Positions 1 to 9,249 of a stretch of DNA of 64,000 bases are shown here, piece by piece; position 1 is the stretch's first letter, and every line of letters begins with the position of its first letter. The DNA comes from Sedimentisphaerales bacterium (GTDB lineage: Bacteria > Planctomycetota > Phycisphaerae > Sedimentisphaerales > SM23-30). A model generated the notes under the pieces. The model saw only the letters and a list, made by a program, of their open reading frames with translations, was not told where the DNA came from and did no database searches. The position numbers were made by a program, and so were the translations under genes. The stretch spans positions 128,001-192,000 of the forward strand of contig CAXXFK010000015.1 of assembly GCA_963663965.2 (NCBI GenBank), read 5' to 3'.

Positions 1-2628
1 ATTTCGGGCCGCCAGATAACGAACCGCCCAGAGTTCACGAAAAATCTCTTCCCCTTTGATCACACTGAGTCGCTTCTTGATCAAGTTGGCCAGGCTGTCA
101 TATTGTCCGCTTAAAACCCCCGACCAGATCAACTCCTCCAGGATATCCGGATAATACTTATCTTTGCGTTGCGACTGTTCGCTTTCAATATAACTGCCCA
201 GCCAGCGCTGGTAATACGTCCAGGCCTGTTCATAAGCCCGGGTGATATGAAACAACCAACGGGCCTCTTTATCCATGACTTCAAACAGGGTGCTATTCGA
301 CCTGTCTGTCCGTTCAGACTGTTCCAGTAAAAGCGCAAACGTTTCCTCAATCGCCCCGGCTTCGCGCCCGGTCTCAAGGACTTGCTTGAATAGATCATTA
401 TCCGCCGTATTTTGCCGCCACAATGTCAATTGGCTTTCATAGGCATTTTGATAGCGTTTCTGAAACAAATAAACGGCAATGGCCTGCTGGAGAACGCGTA
501 CCTCATTGGGATAGCGGGCGGATTCTGTCTCCACCAATCTGGCCGCCTGATCGGCGTCTCCCTGCTTGAGAGACAACTCGCTGGCATAAAGACGCGCCAG
601 ATAGCCGGCAGGCTCGCCCGCAATCATTCGGTCCAACTCAGCAAGTGTCTCTTGATGGGCTTGCGCCACCGTTTCCGTGTCAGTTTCCCGATAAAACAAC
701 AGATAACGATCCAGCATTTTCCTGGCCGCCTGATCGCATTGCCGCCGGAATGCCGCGATTAAATTTGGGCGATCCCCCCAATTCACATATAATAAAAACA
801 ATTTATGACATACTTCACGATTCGCGGGCCAGTTGAATCGAATCCCTAACAGGGTTTGCTCTGCCTGAACCAGATCGCCTCGTCGCATTTGGATATCACC
901 CACGATCAATCGGCTCTGGATATCCTGCGGGTGATTCGCCGCCAGCCTGGCGTAAAACGCTTCGGCCTGGTCCAATTCTCCCAGTTTCAGATAGGCCTCT
1001 CCGGCGGCTTGAAGCAGACGCTCATCGGATGGATTTTGACCCAGCCAGGCCAGCACTTCATCATAGCGTTTCTGTCGCAGCATCAAACGCGCCAGTCCGC
1101 TGCGAGCGGTATCGTGTAACATGGGCGACTCGATGGCGCGACGATATAAATCTTCAGCATAATCATCCATCCTGGCCTGTTCGCACAATCCTGCTAATAA
1201 AAAGCTGCAACCCGGGCTGGCCAGGATTTCTTCTCTCGCCATCCCGCGACGGATCACCTCTTGCGGATCGCTGATGACACGGATCTGTTCTTCTACTTCA
1301 AGCCACAGTTGGACCGCCAGGTCTGATTTCAGATCGATAATCTGTCCATACACATGAATCATATCAAGCCATTGTCCCAGTTCCCCATAGAAACCTCCTA
1401 ACCTCCGCAAAGCATCTATAACCTCCGTACGTTTAAAACGATTATCCCGCAGGGCTTTTTCCAATGCTTCGATGGCCGCTTGCGGCCGGTCTGCCAGATA
1501 TAATCCCAGACTGTACAATCGGGCGTCGAACCAGGGCTCCGTATTGTACCATTGGGTGATCTGCTCCAGAAATGGTTCATAATACGCCATTTCCTGGCAG
1601 GCGGCATAAAAATACCTCAATACCTCATTTTGCCTCAAACCGCGCGCCAGCAAATACCGGCAAACCATGCGAACCCGATCAAAACGATCCTGTATCGGCG
1701 CCTTCTGTTCAGCCAGCGACTGGATAAACACGTCCATTAAATCCCGGTTGAATTGAATTTCCTCCTGGGCCGATTCCAGTAAATTGACAACCTGGGCGAT
1801 GTCCCCCATTTTCATTGCCAGATCAGCCATTAATAACAACGGAACCTGCTCATTATAGACCAGTTTCGCCGCTTCCGGATTCACCTGATGGGTGCCTTGC
1901 TGCCGGCGAATCAATTCAAGGGCACGCTGGTACGCGTCAATCGCGGCCTGATAATATCCCGCTTGGGTCAGCGATGAGGCGCACTGCATGTAAAGGACCA
2001 ATGTTGTTGAGTTCAAATCTTTCGCCATGGGCGACAATAACGCGCGCTGATAACAACTTCGGGCCTGGTCAAATTCACCCTTGGTGATATGATACGCGCC
2101 GAGGATCTGCCAGCTGGACAGGTTATGCGGATCCAGTTCCAGAGCCTTCAGTGCATGATAAATACCCCGCTGATTCTGCGCCAGGCTCAAATAAGCTTCT
2201 GCCGCCAATTCATGCAACCTGACCATGTTCGGATCGTGATTTAATCCCTCCCGGCATAACTCAATGATACGCTTGAAAGCATCCTCCCGTCGAGCATTCA
2301 AACGTTCCGCTATCCGCGACAATCGTCGCGCTTCCAGAGCATTTTTCACTGCCAGGCGTGGATCGGGAACAAAATCGGCGGATACCGCCTGATCGGCTTC
2401 CGGTTTTTCTTTATTTGGATAACCGTCATCCATCCTTTCCAGGCTATATTCCCCTGGCGGCAATTCATCCAGCGGGATGAACATCTTATCGACCGAAACG
2501 CCATTGCCCGGATCAACCTGACCGGGTGCAACCACACCATAATCGGCTTCCTCATGGGCCCCTTTTTCCACCCGCGGTTGACATCCCGTCACCACCACCA
2601 GACCAATCAACCCGAAATACCACCCCAA
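1..2628 (-). CDS. Large TPR-repeat putative lipoprotein, running off the left edge (>870 aa)
   Basis: Absent from the ORF track because it has no stop in the window. Both ends were translated by hand and are in the same frame: (L)GWYFGLIGLVVVTGC lipobox-like N-terminus, TPR-like helices (ALELDPHNLSSWQILGAYHITKGEFDQARSCYQRAL), and ...ELWAVRYLAARN at position 1. Start codon approximate. Confidence 0.75.
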   Translation of the reverse strand, partial: MGWYFGLIGLVVVTGCQPRVEKGAHEEADYGVVAPGQVDPGNGVSVDKMFIPLDELPPGEYSLERMDDGYPNKEKPEADQAVSADFVPDPRLAVKNALEARRLSRIAERLNARREDAFKRIIELCREGLNHDPNMVRLHELAAEAYLSLAQNQRGIYHALKALELDPHNLSSWQILGAYHITKGEFDQARSCYQRALLSPMAKDLNSTTLVLYMQCASSLTQAGYYQAAIDAYQRALELIRRQQGTHQVNPEAAKLVYNEQVPLLLMADLAMKMGDIAQVVNLLESAQEEIQFNRDLMDVFIQSLAEQKAPIQDRFDRVRMVCRYLLARGLRQNEVLRYFYAACQEMAYYEPFLEQITQWYNTEPWFDARLYSLGLYLADRPQAAIEALEKALRDNRFKRTEVIDALRRLGGFYGELGQWLDMIHVYGQIIDLKSDLAVQLWLEVEEQIRVISDPQEVIRRGMAREEILASPGCSFLLAGLCEQARMDDYAEDLYRRAIESPMLHDTARSGLARLMLRQKRYDEVLAWLGQNPSDERLLQAAGEAYLKLGELDQAEAFYARLAANHPQDIQSRLIVGDIQMRRGDLVQAEQTLLGIRFNWPANREVCHKLFLLYVNWGDRPNLIAAFRRQCDQAARKMLDRYLLFYRETDTETVAQAHQETLAELDRMIAGEPAGYLARLYASELSLKQGDADQAARLVETESARYPNEVRVLQQAIAVYLFQKRYQNAYESQLTLWRQNTADNDLFKQVLETGREAGAIEETFALLLEQSERTDRSNSTLFEVMDKEARWLFHITRAYEQAWTYYQRWLGSYIESEQSQRKDKYYPDILEELIWSGVLSGQYDSLANLIKKRLSVIKGEEIFRELWAVRYLAARN

Positions 2629-2845
2629 TTGCTTATTTTTTTTTAACAGTATTTGCTCCGCCAGGTATGCAGCAACTTCTAACAGAATGGACTTTATTTT
2701 ACACTTCATGATTTCTGTCCGGGGGGCCGGTCTTGTCACACTTCATAATACAATAGCATGCCATTCTATCAACCCGGCTGGAATCATACAGAAAAAAATC
2801 AGTTTCGTCCCGTTTGCGGATAATTCATATTAGCGTGCCGAGATA

Positions 2846-3877
2846 TCAAAACCGTACTGGATCCATTTCATATCCAGATACGTCCGCCCCGCATCCCATG
2901 CACTTCCCTTTAAGTATCTGGAAATCTTGGATTTGGTAGCCCTGTCGGCGGATCAGGACATGCCCGCATTGATAACAGAGAGTATTTTCATAACCACATC
3001 CGGGCAGGTTGCCAATATAAATATACCGTAATCCAGCCTTCTGGCCGGCCTCCCAGGCCCGCATGAGGGTTTGAGCCGGAGTTGGCGGATTTTCCTGCCG
3101 GTGATACATGGGATGATAACGACTGATGTGCCAGGGAATATGGACGCCCAGTTCTTCCGCGATAAAACCGGCTATTTGTCCCAGTTCATCATCAGAATCG
3201 TTTAAACCCGGTATGATCAACGTGGTTACTTCCAACCAGATATGGGTTTGCTGGGCGACATGGCGCAAGGTCTTCAGCACCCCTTCCAGGGTCGCCTTGC
3301 AATAGGTTCGATAAAACTCTTCCGTAAAAGCCTTTAAATCGATGTTCATCCCATCCAGAAATCCGCTGGCATATTCCAGCGCTTCTTCGGTCATATACCC
3401 ATTGCTGACAAACACATTCGCCAGCCCCTCCTGACGTGCCAACCGGCCGCAATCAGCCGCTAATTCCATAAAAATCGTCGGTTCTGAATAAGTATAGGCT
3501 ATATTGCTGCAGTGATGCTCCAACGCCGATCGGACAATCTGTTCCGGGGTATAGGGTCGGCCTTCAATCCGCTTTTCCGATCGGGGAGCCTGACTGATTT
3601 GCCAGTTCTGACAAAAATCACACTGAAAATTACATCCCATCGTCGCGATGGAAAAGCTTTTACGTCCCGGCTGAAAATGAAACAGGGGTTTTTTCTCCAC
3701 CGGATCCACTCCCATCGAACAGACCGAATCATAATTCAATGAATAAAGGGTGCCGCCAATATTTTGCCTGACCTGACAGACTCCCTTCTGGTCGGGTCGA
3801 ATCCGGCAACGGTGATGACACAGACCGCATAAGCATTCCTCATTTTCTCCGGTTTGCCATAATAACGCTTTGTGCAT
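2846..3877 (-). CDS. amrS: AmmeMemoRadiSam system radical SAM enzyme
   Basis: N-terminal CGLCHHRC, DPVEKKPLFHF, radical SAM motif CNFQCDFC-QNW, AYTYSEP, SRYHP, C-terminal CxxC pairs. Confidence 0.9.
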   Translation of the reverse strand: MHKALLWQTGENEECLCGLCHHRCRIRPDQKGVCQVRQNIGGTLYSLNYDSVCSMGVDPVEKKPLFHFQPGRKSFSIATMGCNFQCDFCQNWQISQAPRSEKRIEGRPYTPEQIVRSALEHHCSNIAYTYSEPTIFMELAADCGRLARQEGLANVFVSNGYMTEEALEYASGFLDGMNIDLKAFTEEFYRTYCKATLEGVLKTLRHVAQQTHIWLEVTTLIIPGLNDSDDELGQIAGFIAEELGVHIPWHISRYHPMYHRQENPPTPAQTLMRAWEAGQKAGLRYIYIGNLPGCGYENTLCYQCGHVLIRRQGYQIQDFQILKGKCMGCGADVSGYEMDPVRF

Positions 3878-3951
3878 GCTTAGACCTCTGATTGGCTGAC
3901 TATATCCCGGTACGATTCATCACCGCTAAATTCCCTTAACCCGATATGTCA

Positions 3952-5007
3952 TCAACCCGACAGCCGCTTTCGAATCAACTCAGCCCGATAAATATCCCGC
4001 TCTCTGGGTTCCATTTGCTTGCCATACCGCTTTTGCAGATGGGCCGGTTGAAGATAAAGAAACAACTCACTTAACGTTTGAAGACCAATATCCTTGATCC
4101 GGCCCAGATGCACTCCCAAACGGACCATACTCAGCATATACAGCGCTTCTTCAGTAGTGATCAGGCGAGAATGCTTCAGCAAACCGTATGCCCGGAAAAC
4201 CTTGTCGTCCAGTTCTATCTGTTTCTCGGTCAGCATTTTTTCCCGGGCCTGGCGCTCATATCCGATAATGGGGGTTACGGCCTGTTCCAGTACTAATTCC
4301 AGTATCTGCTCTTCCGAGCGTCCCAGTGTGGTCTGATTGGACACCTGATACAAATCGCCAATGGGTTCGGTCCCCTCACCATACAATCCCCGGATAGCCA
4401 GTCGCATGTCTTTCGCGGCACGGAAGACTTTTTCGATATGCCCCGTCATTTTCAATGCCGGCAGATGCATCATCACGGAAACCCGGATACCCGTTCCCAG
4501 GTTGGTCGGGCAGGCGGTCAGATAGCCGTAATGGGATGAAAACGAAAAAGCCAGTTGCTGTTCAATAATATCCTGCACCCGGTTGATCCGTTCATAACCA
4601 TCCTTCAGATTCAAACCACCCGTCAAAACCTGAATTCGCAGATGATCTTCTTCATTGATCATCAGCACCAGACCCTCATCCCGCGAGATCGCCGCCCCAC
4701 AATACCCTTTATTCTCCAGCAGCTTACGGGATACCAGTTGCTTCTCATTCAACATGGCCCGATCCAGGGCGGCCATCTGGTCCATCCGCACAAATTGCAA
4801 CTCATGACGCAATTCAGTTTCCATGATTCGGCTCTGGATCAAATGATAAATCTGGCTTTGCTGGTCGTAATCGGCCTTGCCAAAAAATACATAACCGGCT
4901 ATATTCCTGGCCAGTCGAATCCGCGAAGACACTACCACATCCTGCTCACTGCCCGGCATGGTCATCCACCCGGCTAAGCGTGTCTCTCTGCTTGTGTTAT
5001 CGTCCAT
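3952..5007 (-). CDS. mcsB: Protein-arginine kinase McsB
   Basis: SSRIRLARN, INEEDHLR, GYLTACPTNLGTG, RGLYGEG, SNQTTLG; adjacent to mcsA. Confidence 0.95.
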   Translation of the reverse strand: MDDNTSRETRLAGWMTMPGSEQDVVVSSRIRLARNIAGYVFFGKADYDQQSQIYHLIQSRIMETELRHELQFVRMDQMAALDRAMLNEKQLVSRKLLENKGYCGAAISRDEGLVLMINEEDHLRIQVLTGGLNLKDGYERINRVQDIIEQQLAFSFSSHYGYLTACPTNLGTGIRVSVMMHLPALKMTGHIEKVFRAAKDMRLAIRGLYGEGTEPIGDLYQVSNQTTLGRSEEQILELVLEQAVTPIIGYERQAREKMLTEKQIELDDKVFRAYGLLKHSRLITTEEALYMLSMVRLGVHLGRIKDIGLQTLSELFLYLQPAHLQKRYGKQMEPRERDIYRAELIRKRLSG

Positions 5008-5092
5008 GGTTGTTCTCGTATAGACCAGCCTGCTTGATCAGGCATTCGAATGGGTCGTCTTGTTTTGATATAAATTGACTATCAAATATCGA

Positions 5093-5581
5093 TCAATAAG
5101 GGCGTCCCAACTGCTCGATCTCATCTCGTAATTGCGCGGCTCTCTCATAATCTTCAGCTTCAATTGCCGACTGCAATTCTTTACGCAGTCTCATGATTTC
5201 AAGCGGACTTTCTGCTGGATGGCCGGATTTGACCTGGGGTATCCTGCCTACATGATACAACGCTCCTTCATGAGATTTTTCAATTATCTTATGGAGTAAA
5301 TTTTCAAATACTACATAATCATTTGGGCAGCCCATCAAGCCGCTGCTCCTGAAATCGTTCCAGGTCGTATTACACTGTGGGCAATGAATCTCGGTCACTT
5401 TCTGACTATCTTTGTATGATTGATTCAAATTATTCAAAATCTGGCTGATGGGGACTTGATTTTTGACGGTAACCCCTTCTTCACAAGCACAGCGCTCGCA
5501 TAGATGCCGCTCAACTTTTTTACCGTTAACGATCTCGGTCAGGTGGACGGTTGCCTGTTTGTCACATAATTCACAATGCAT
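5093..5581 (-). CDS. mcsA: McsA (zinc-binding, UvrB/C motif) McsB activator
   Basis: CxxC motifs, ATVHLTEI, C-terminal UVR motif AIEAEDYERAAQLRDEI. Confidence 0.92.
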   Translation of the reverse strand: MHCELCDKQATVHLTEIVNGKKVERHLCERCACEEGVTVKNQVPISQILNNLNQSYKDSQKVTEIHCPQCNTTWNDFRSSGLMGCPNDYVVFENLLHKIIEKSHEGALYHVGRIPQVKSGHPAESPLEIMRLRKELQSAIEAEDYERAAQLRDEIEQLGRPY

Positions 5582-5699
5582 AGTCTCTTAATATCCTCTA
5601 TTTTTTTATTGTATTAACCTGTTATTTAATTATAGGGCTTGCTTTTCATCCATGTCAACCTTTCGTATTTACCCCAGATTACCCGTTTTTACATCCTTT

Positions 5700-6071
5700 C
5701 TATTTATTCGTATAGATTGCCCGGCAACCCGGGGTTTCATGTACCTCTATCGATATTATTTTAAGTCCATCATATAAAAGAGGTAATAACTGGTCATAAA
5801 TATATATCGAAATATTCTCAGCTGTTGGATTAATATCTTTGAATGAACTTAACTCATTTATCATCGGTTTTTCACATAAGGGTTGTGTGATTTGTTTTAG
5901 CCACCGTTGAACCTTGTGAAAATCGACGACAAACCCACAATTATCCAGGGTGGACCGGCCAATTTCAGCCCAGACATGCCATTCATGATGATGGGCGTCC
6001 TCTAGTTCCCCGTTGGGCAATCGGACGCAGTGACCGGCTTTGAAGCGATGCTCTACTTTCACGGTATACAT
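5700..6071 (-). CDS. queD: 6-carboxytetrahydropterin synthase (PTPS/QueD family)
   Basis: FKAGH, HHH, GFVVDF, NPTAENI, VHETP motifs. Confidence 0.8.
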   Translation of the reverse strand: MYTVKVEHRFKAGHCVRLPNGELEDAHHHEWHVWAEIGRSTLDNCGFVVDFHKVQRWLKQITQPLCEKPMINELSSFKDINPTAENISIYIYDQLLPLLYDGLKIISIEVHETPGCRAIYTNK

Positions 6072-6151
6072 AATCTGCTCCCTGAATCTTAATTGTTATT
6101 ATCCAGAACGATTCTCTTGAATCCGGCTCAACGTTTTCCCCGCTTGAAGGA

Positions 6152-6646
6152 TCACGCTATCCCGAATCGGTTTTTCAATCGAATATGAACATTCGCCGGA
6201 ACCAGTTTCGAGACATCCCCCTGATACCTGACTACTTCACGGATCAATGTTGATGATGTAAATCCATATTGCTCGGCGGTCATGATAAATACCGTCTCGA
6301 TATTTCCGATGGATCGATTGGTCAGTGCCAGCTGAAATTCATACTGCACATCGGTCAGATTTCGTAATCCCCTTAAAATCACCTGGGCATCAACCTCCCG
6401 GGCGCATTCTACGGTTAAATTGGTAAATCGTTTAACCAGTACCCCCGGCATATCACAAACCAGTTCTTCGATCATCTCCATCCGCTCATCTCCGGTGAAC
6501 AGATAGTCTTTTTGTGGACTGTCACCTACGGCGACGATCACTTCATCGAACATCCGGATTGCCCGGCGGATGACGTCCAGATGGCCATTGGTAATGGGAT
6601 CGAACGATCCCGGAAACAGTGCCCTGACAAATTTATTTTGCCCCAT
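6152..6646 (-). CDS. coaD: Pantetheine-phosphate adenylyltransferase
   Basis: FPGSFDPITNGHLDVI, ILRGLR, ETVFI, SSTLIRE. Confidence 0.97.
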   Translation of the reverse strand: MGQNKFVRALFPGSFDPITNGHLDVIRRAIRMFDEVIVAVGDSPQKDYLFTGDERMEMIEELVCDMPGVLVKRFTNLTVECAREVDAQVILRGLRNLTDVQYEFQLALTNRSIGNIETVFIMTAEQYGFTSSTLIREVVRYQGDVSKLVPANVHIRLKNRFGIA

Positions 6647-6669
6647 GGTGTATCCTGTTTATTATTCCC

Positions 6670-7161
6670 TCATAAAGGAATTATCTCATAGCTCATGGTG
6701 TCGGTCTCCAGCAGGATAATATGCCCCTGACCGGACAGCCAGTCCGTGGACTCCCCTGGATTGATGACCATGGTCCTGCCTTCGGTTCGAATATCCCGTT
6801 TATGAGTATGTCCGTAAATGACCAGATCATATTTCTGACTGCTCACGATCTCCTCGATATTATGATGGGTATGAGTCATATAGACTCTTTTACCATCGAT
6901 CTCGCCCTTATAACAATATTCATGAATCTCGCCGCCAAACATTTCGATGGTATTCTTCAGAAAAATCTTTTCCCCATCATTATTGCCATAGACCGCTATG
7001 AAATGACTGCTTTCGAGTTCCCTGAAAATCTTGGCGCTGAATGGAGACACGATGTCTCCCGCGTGAAGGACATAATCGACGCCCAAGGATTGAAAGATCT
7101 TCACCGCACTCATCATATTACTATGATGATCGTGACTATCGCTGATAATCCCTATTTTCAT
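6670..7161 (-). CDS. Metallophosphoesterase, YfcE/MJ0936 family
   Basis: IISDSHD, HAGD, GNND, YGHTH, INPGE motifs. Confidence 0.9.
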   Translation of the reverse strand: MKIGIISDSHDHHSNMMSAVKIFQSLGVDYVLHAGDIVSPFSAKIFRELESSHFIAVYGNNDGEKIFLKNTIEMFGGEIHEYCYKGEIDGKRVYMTHTHHNIEEIVSSQKYDLVIYGHTHKRDIRTEGRTMVINPGESTDWLSGQGHIILLETDTMSYEIIPL

Positions 7162-7886
7162 ACTTTCTCCGAATAGTTGATAACTTATTTCTTGACGACC
7201 GTTTACCGCGTTTTAACGAATTGGGGGCCTTACGGTCTGTTTGTATGATTGTATGTTCTGCTCGCTAAAAAGTCATTATAAATTTATACCACCAGCAATT
7301 GACCTTGCCCGCTTGCAGCCCTGAATGGATTATTAGAGGATCCCTGCTATGGAATTTAACTTGCGCGCGATCGGACATTACCATACCCGATGGGGATAAA
7401 ACCCTTGGGCCGACCTGAACGATACTGATAATGGGATCCGCCAAAATGATCCAAAAGGTGACAACGAAAAGGTTTTTGGCACGTAGCCCATAGCGAACAC
7501 TGTTTTCACCGCACGCCAAATACCTGCTCGCATCCCGAGAACGGATTTAGTGATGCTCTGAATTGTTAAACGGTCTCTACCAGTACCGTTCCACAAAATT
7601 CCTTATTTTCGCCTTGATTAAAGGTCAGGTTACAGGACCTGAATTGCCCGTTCTGCCGAATTAATTGGATATTATCGACATTTCACCACAGGCGCCCCTA
7701 CCGGCTAACCGATCCGTGATCGCTATAAACCTTTATATGATTTGATATTATCAAAATGTCTTTCTGGCAGTTTCCCCAAATAGCCATTTTATCGATTATA
7801 CCGTTAATGGATTATTAAACCGACTTTCTCTTCCAGTCGATACCAATCGTACAGACAGAGAGTTTCAAATTCGTGGAGACAAATAA

Positions 7887-8222
7887 ATGTCAGTGAGTTA
7901 TGAACAGCGACAAGCGAAACGCACCAAGATGAACTGGCCGGTGAGTGTTTGGCATCCCCAGGCCTCACGGTTTTATCATGCCAGAAGCGTGGATGTATCC
8001 AGCAATGGTGTTTTACTATCTATGCCTATGAAAGCTCCGATCCGCGAGGGGCAGGATCTGGAAATTAATTTTCCACGCAAAGAGCTGCTGGCTCGTGAAA
8101 AGGGCAACTATGCCCGAATCAAACCGGCACGCGTGGTTCGCATCGACCGTACCGATGCCGTAAATACAGCTCAGGTTAAAGTTGGGCTGCAATTTACTAA
8201 CGGAGAAGAAAAAATGGTTTGA
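7887..8222 (+). CDS. Single-domain PilZ protein (putative c-di-GMP receptor)
   Basis: QRQAKR (RxxxR) and DVSSNG (DxSxxG) motifs; ARVVR...VGLQF. Confidence 0.85.
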   Translation: MSVSYEQRQAKRTKMNWPVSVWHPQASRFYHARSVDVSSNGVLLSMPMKAPIREGQDLEINFPRKELLAREKGNYARIKPARVVRIDRTDAVNTAQVKVGLQFTNGEEKMV

Positions 8223-8249
8223 GGGTCCGGATAAAGGTGGAAAGGCTGG

Positions 8250-8287
8250 AAAAGGCCGCCGGCATATTTGCCTCGCGGTCTTTTTTT
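8250..8287. terminator. Probable bidirectional intrinsic terminator
   Basis: AAAA-GGCCGC...GCGGTC-TTTTTTT hairpin between convergent genes. Confidence 0.6.
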
Positions 8288-9239
8288 ATGCGCCCTCTTT
8301 CTCTTTAGTAAGAAAAGAACGCGCGTAATTCCGCAAGATTATCGATTCAAGCTTGTCATCGGCGATGGAATGCAATAAACGAAGAGTCGAGCCGTTTTTA
8401 GGATCGGATTCACGGACAATCGTCTCTAAAATCGTATGGCGGGCGTCAAGCATCCGGGCGCGCGGATAGGATTCGATTAAACGCTGCAAGCGCTGCGCGG
8501 GAGTCTCGTTCTGACGCAAGGCAACGACCGGGCCGGGCCGATCGATCTCTTCGAGAACCACACCCTCGCCTTCGATCGCCTGCTCGATATCGCGATAATG
8601 CTGTTCCAATCCTAATGAAGGGGCTTTATCAATCGGAAACTCATGGACCATTTCCACGCCATAGCGATCACGATTACGGCTATCGCGCGTATGTTCATAG
8701 ACCAGGGTCAGCTCGATGCCTTTGGGAAACCGGATCCGGCCGGTATCACTATCGATTGTCATCTGGGCAAAACAATCCTCACCACTCCGTTCAATCAGAT
8801 AATTGCGAATCCGTTCGAAATTCTTAAAATAGCGATAACGATTATCGCTGTCAATGACCGTCGCCACCCGGCGCGATGACTCCAGCAGATTGTAACAACT
8901 CTGATAGTCCTCCGTCGCCAGCCCGTTGAAAAAAATGGTTGCGGTTTCCTGACGGGTCAGCGGAAACGGGTGCCCCGGATCAAGACTGTCTATGAATTTT
9001 CGCACCCCCACCCAGATCCCCCATCCTAGTCCGGCTACCACGGCGATAATAATAACTTTCGACACAATGGACGCCAACCGCTCTTGCAGGGCTCCCGAAA
9101 CATCGCCTCGGGCGCCGGATGGCCGCGTTCGGGCTGGCGCTGCCGCGGAACTCACTTCGAAGCGGTAACCGCATCCACCGCAACGTTTCGACGACGCCTC
9201 AATCTGGATATTGCATCTGGGACATTGTTTGGTTGACAC
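8286..9239 (-). CDS. Hypothetical membrane protein with N-terminal zinc ribbon
   Basis: CPRC..CGGC, then one hydrophobic helix and a soluble domain. Confidence 0.7.
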   Translation of the reverse strand: MSTKQCPRCNIQIEASSKRCGGCGYRFEVSSAAAPARTRPSGARGDVSGALQERLASIVSKVIIIAVVAGLGWGIWVGVRKFIDSLDPGHPFPLTRQETATIFFNGLATEDYQSCYNLLESSRRVATVIDSDNRYRYFKNFERIRNYLIERSGEDCFAQMTIDSDTGRIRFPKGIELTLVYEHTRDSRNRDRYGVEMVHEFPIDKAPSLGLEQHYRDIEQAIEGEGVVLEEIDRPGPVVALRQNETPAQRLQRLIESYPRARMLDARHTILETIVRESDPKNGSTLRLLHSIADDKLESIILRNYARSFLTKEKEGA

Positions 9240-9249
9240 GGGTTTATAC

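Noticed and set aside
129..2711. Numerous short ORFs in the track
   Set aside because: All overlap the long minus-strand TPR frame that runs off the window edge
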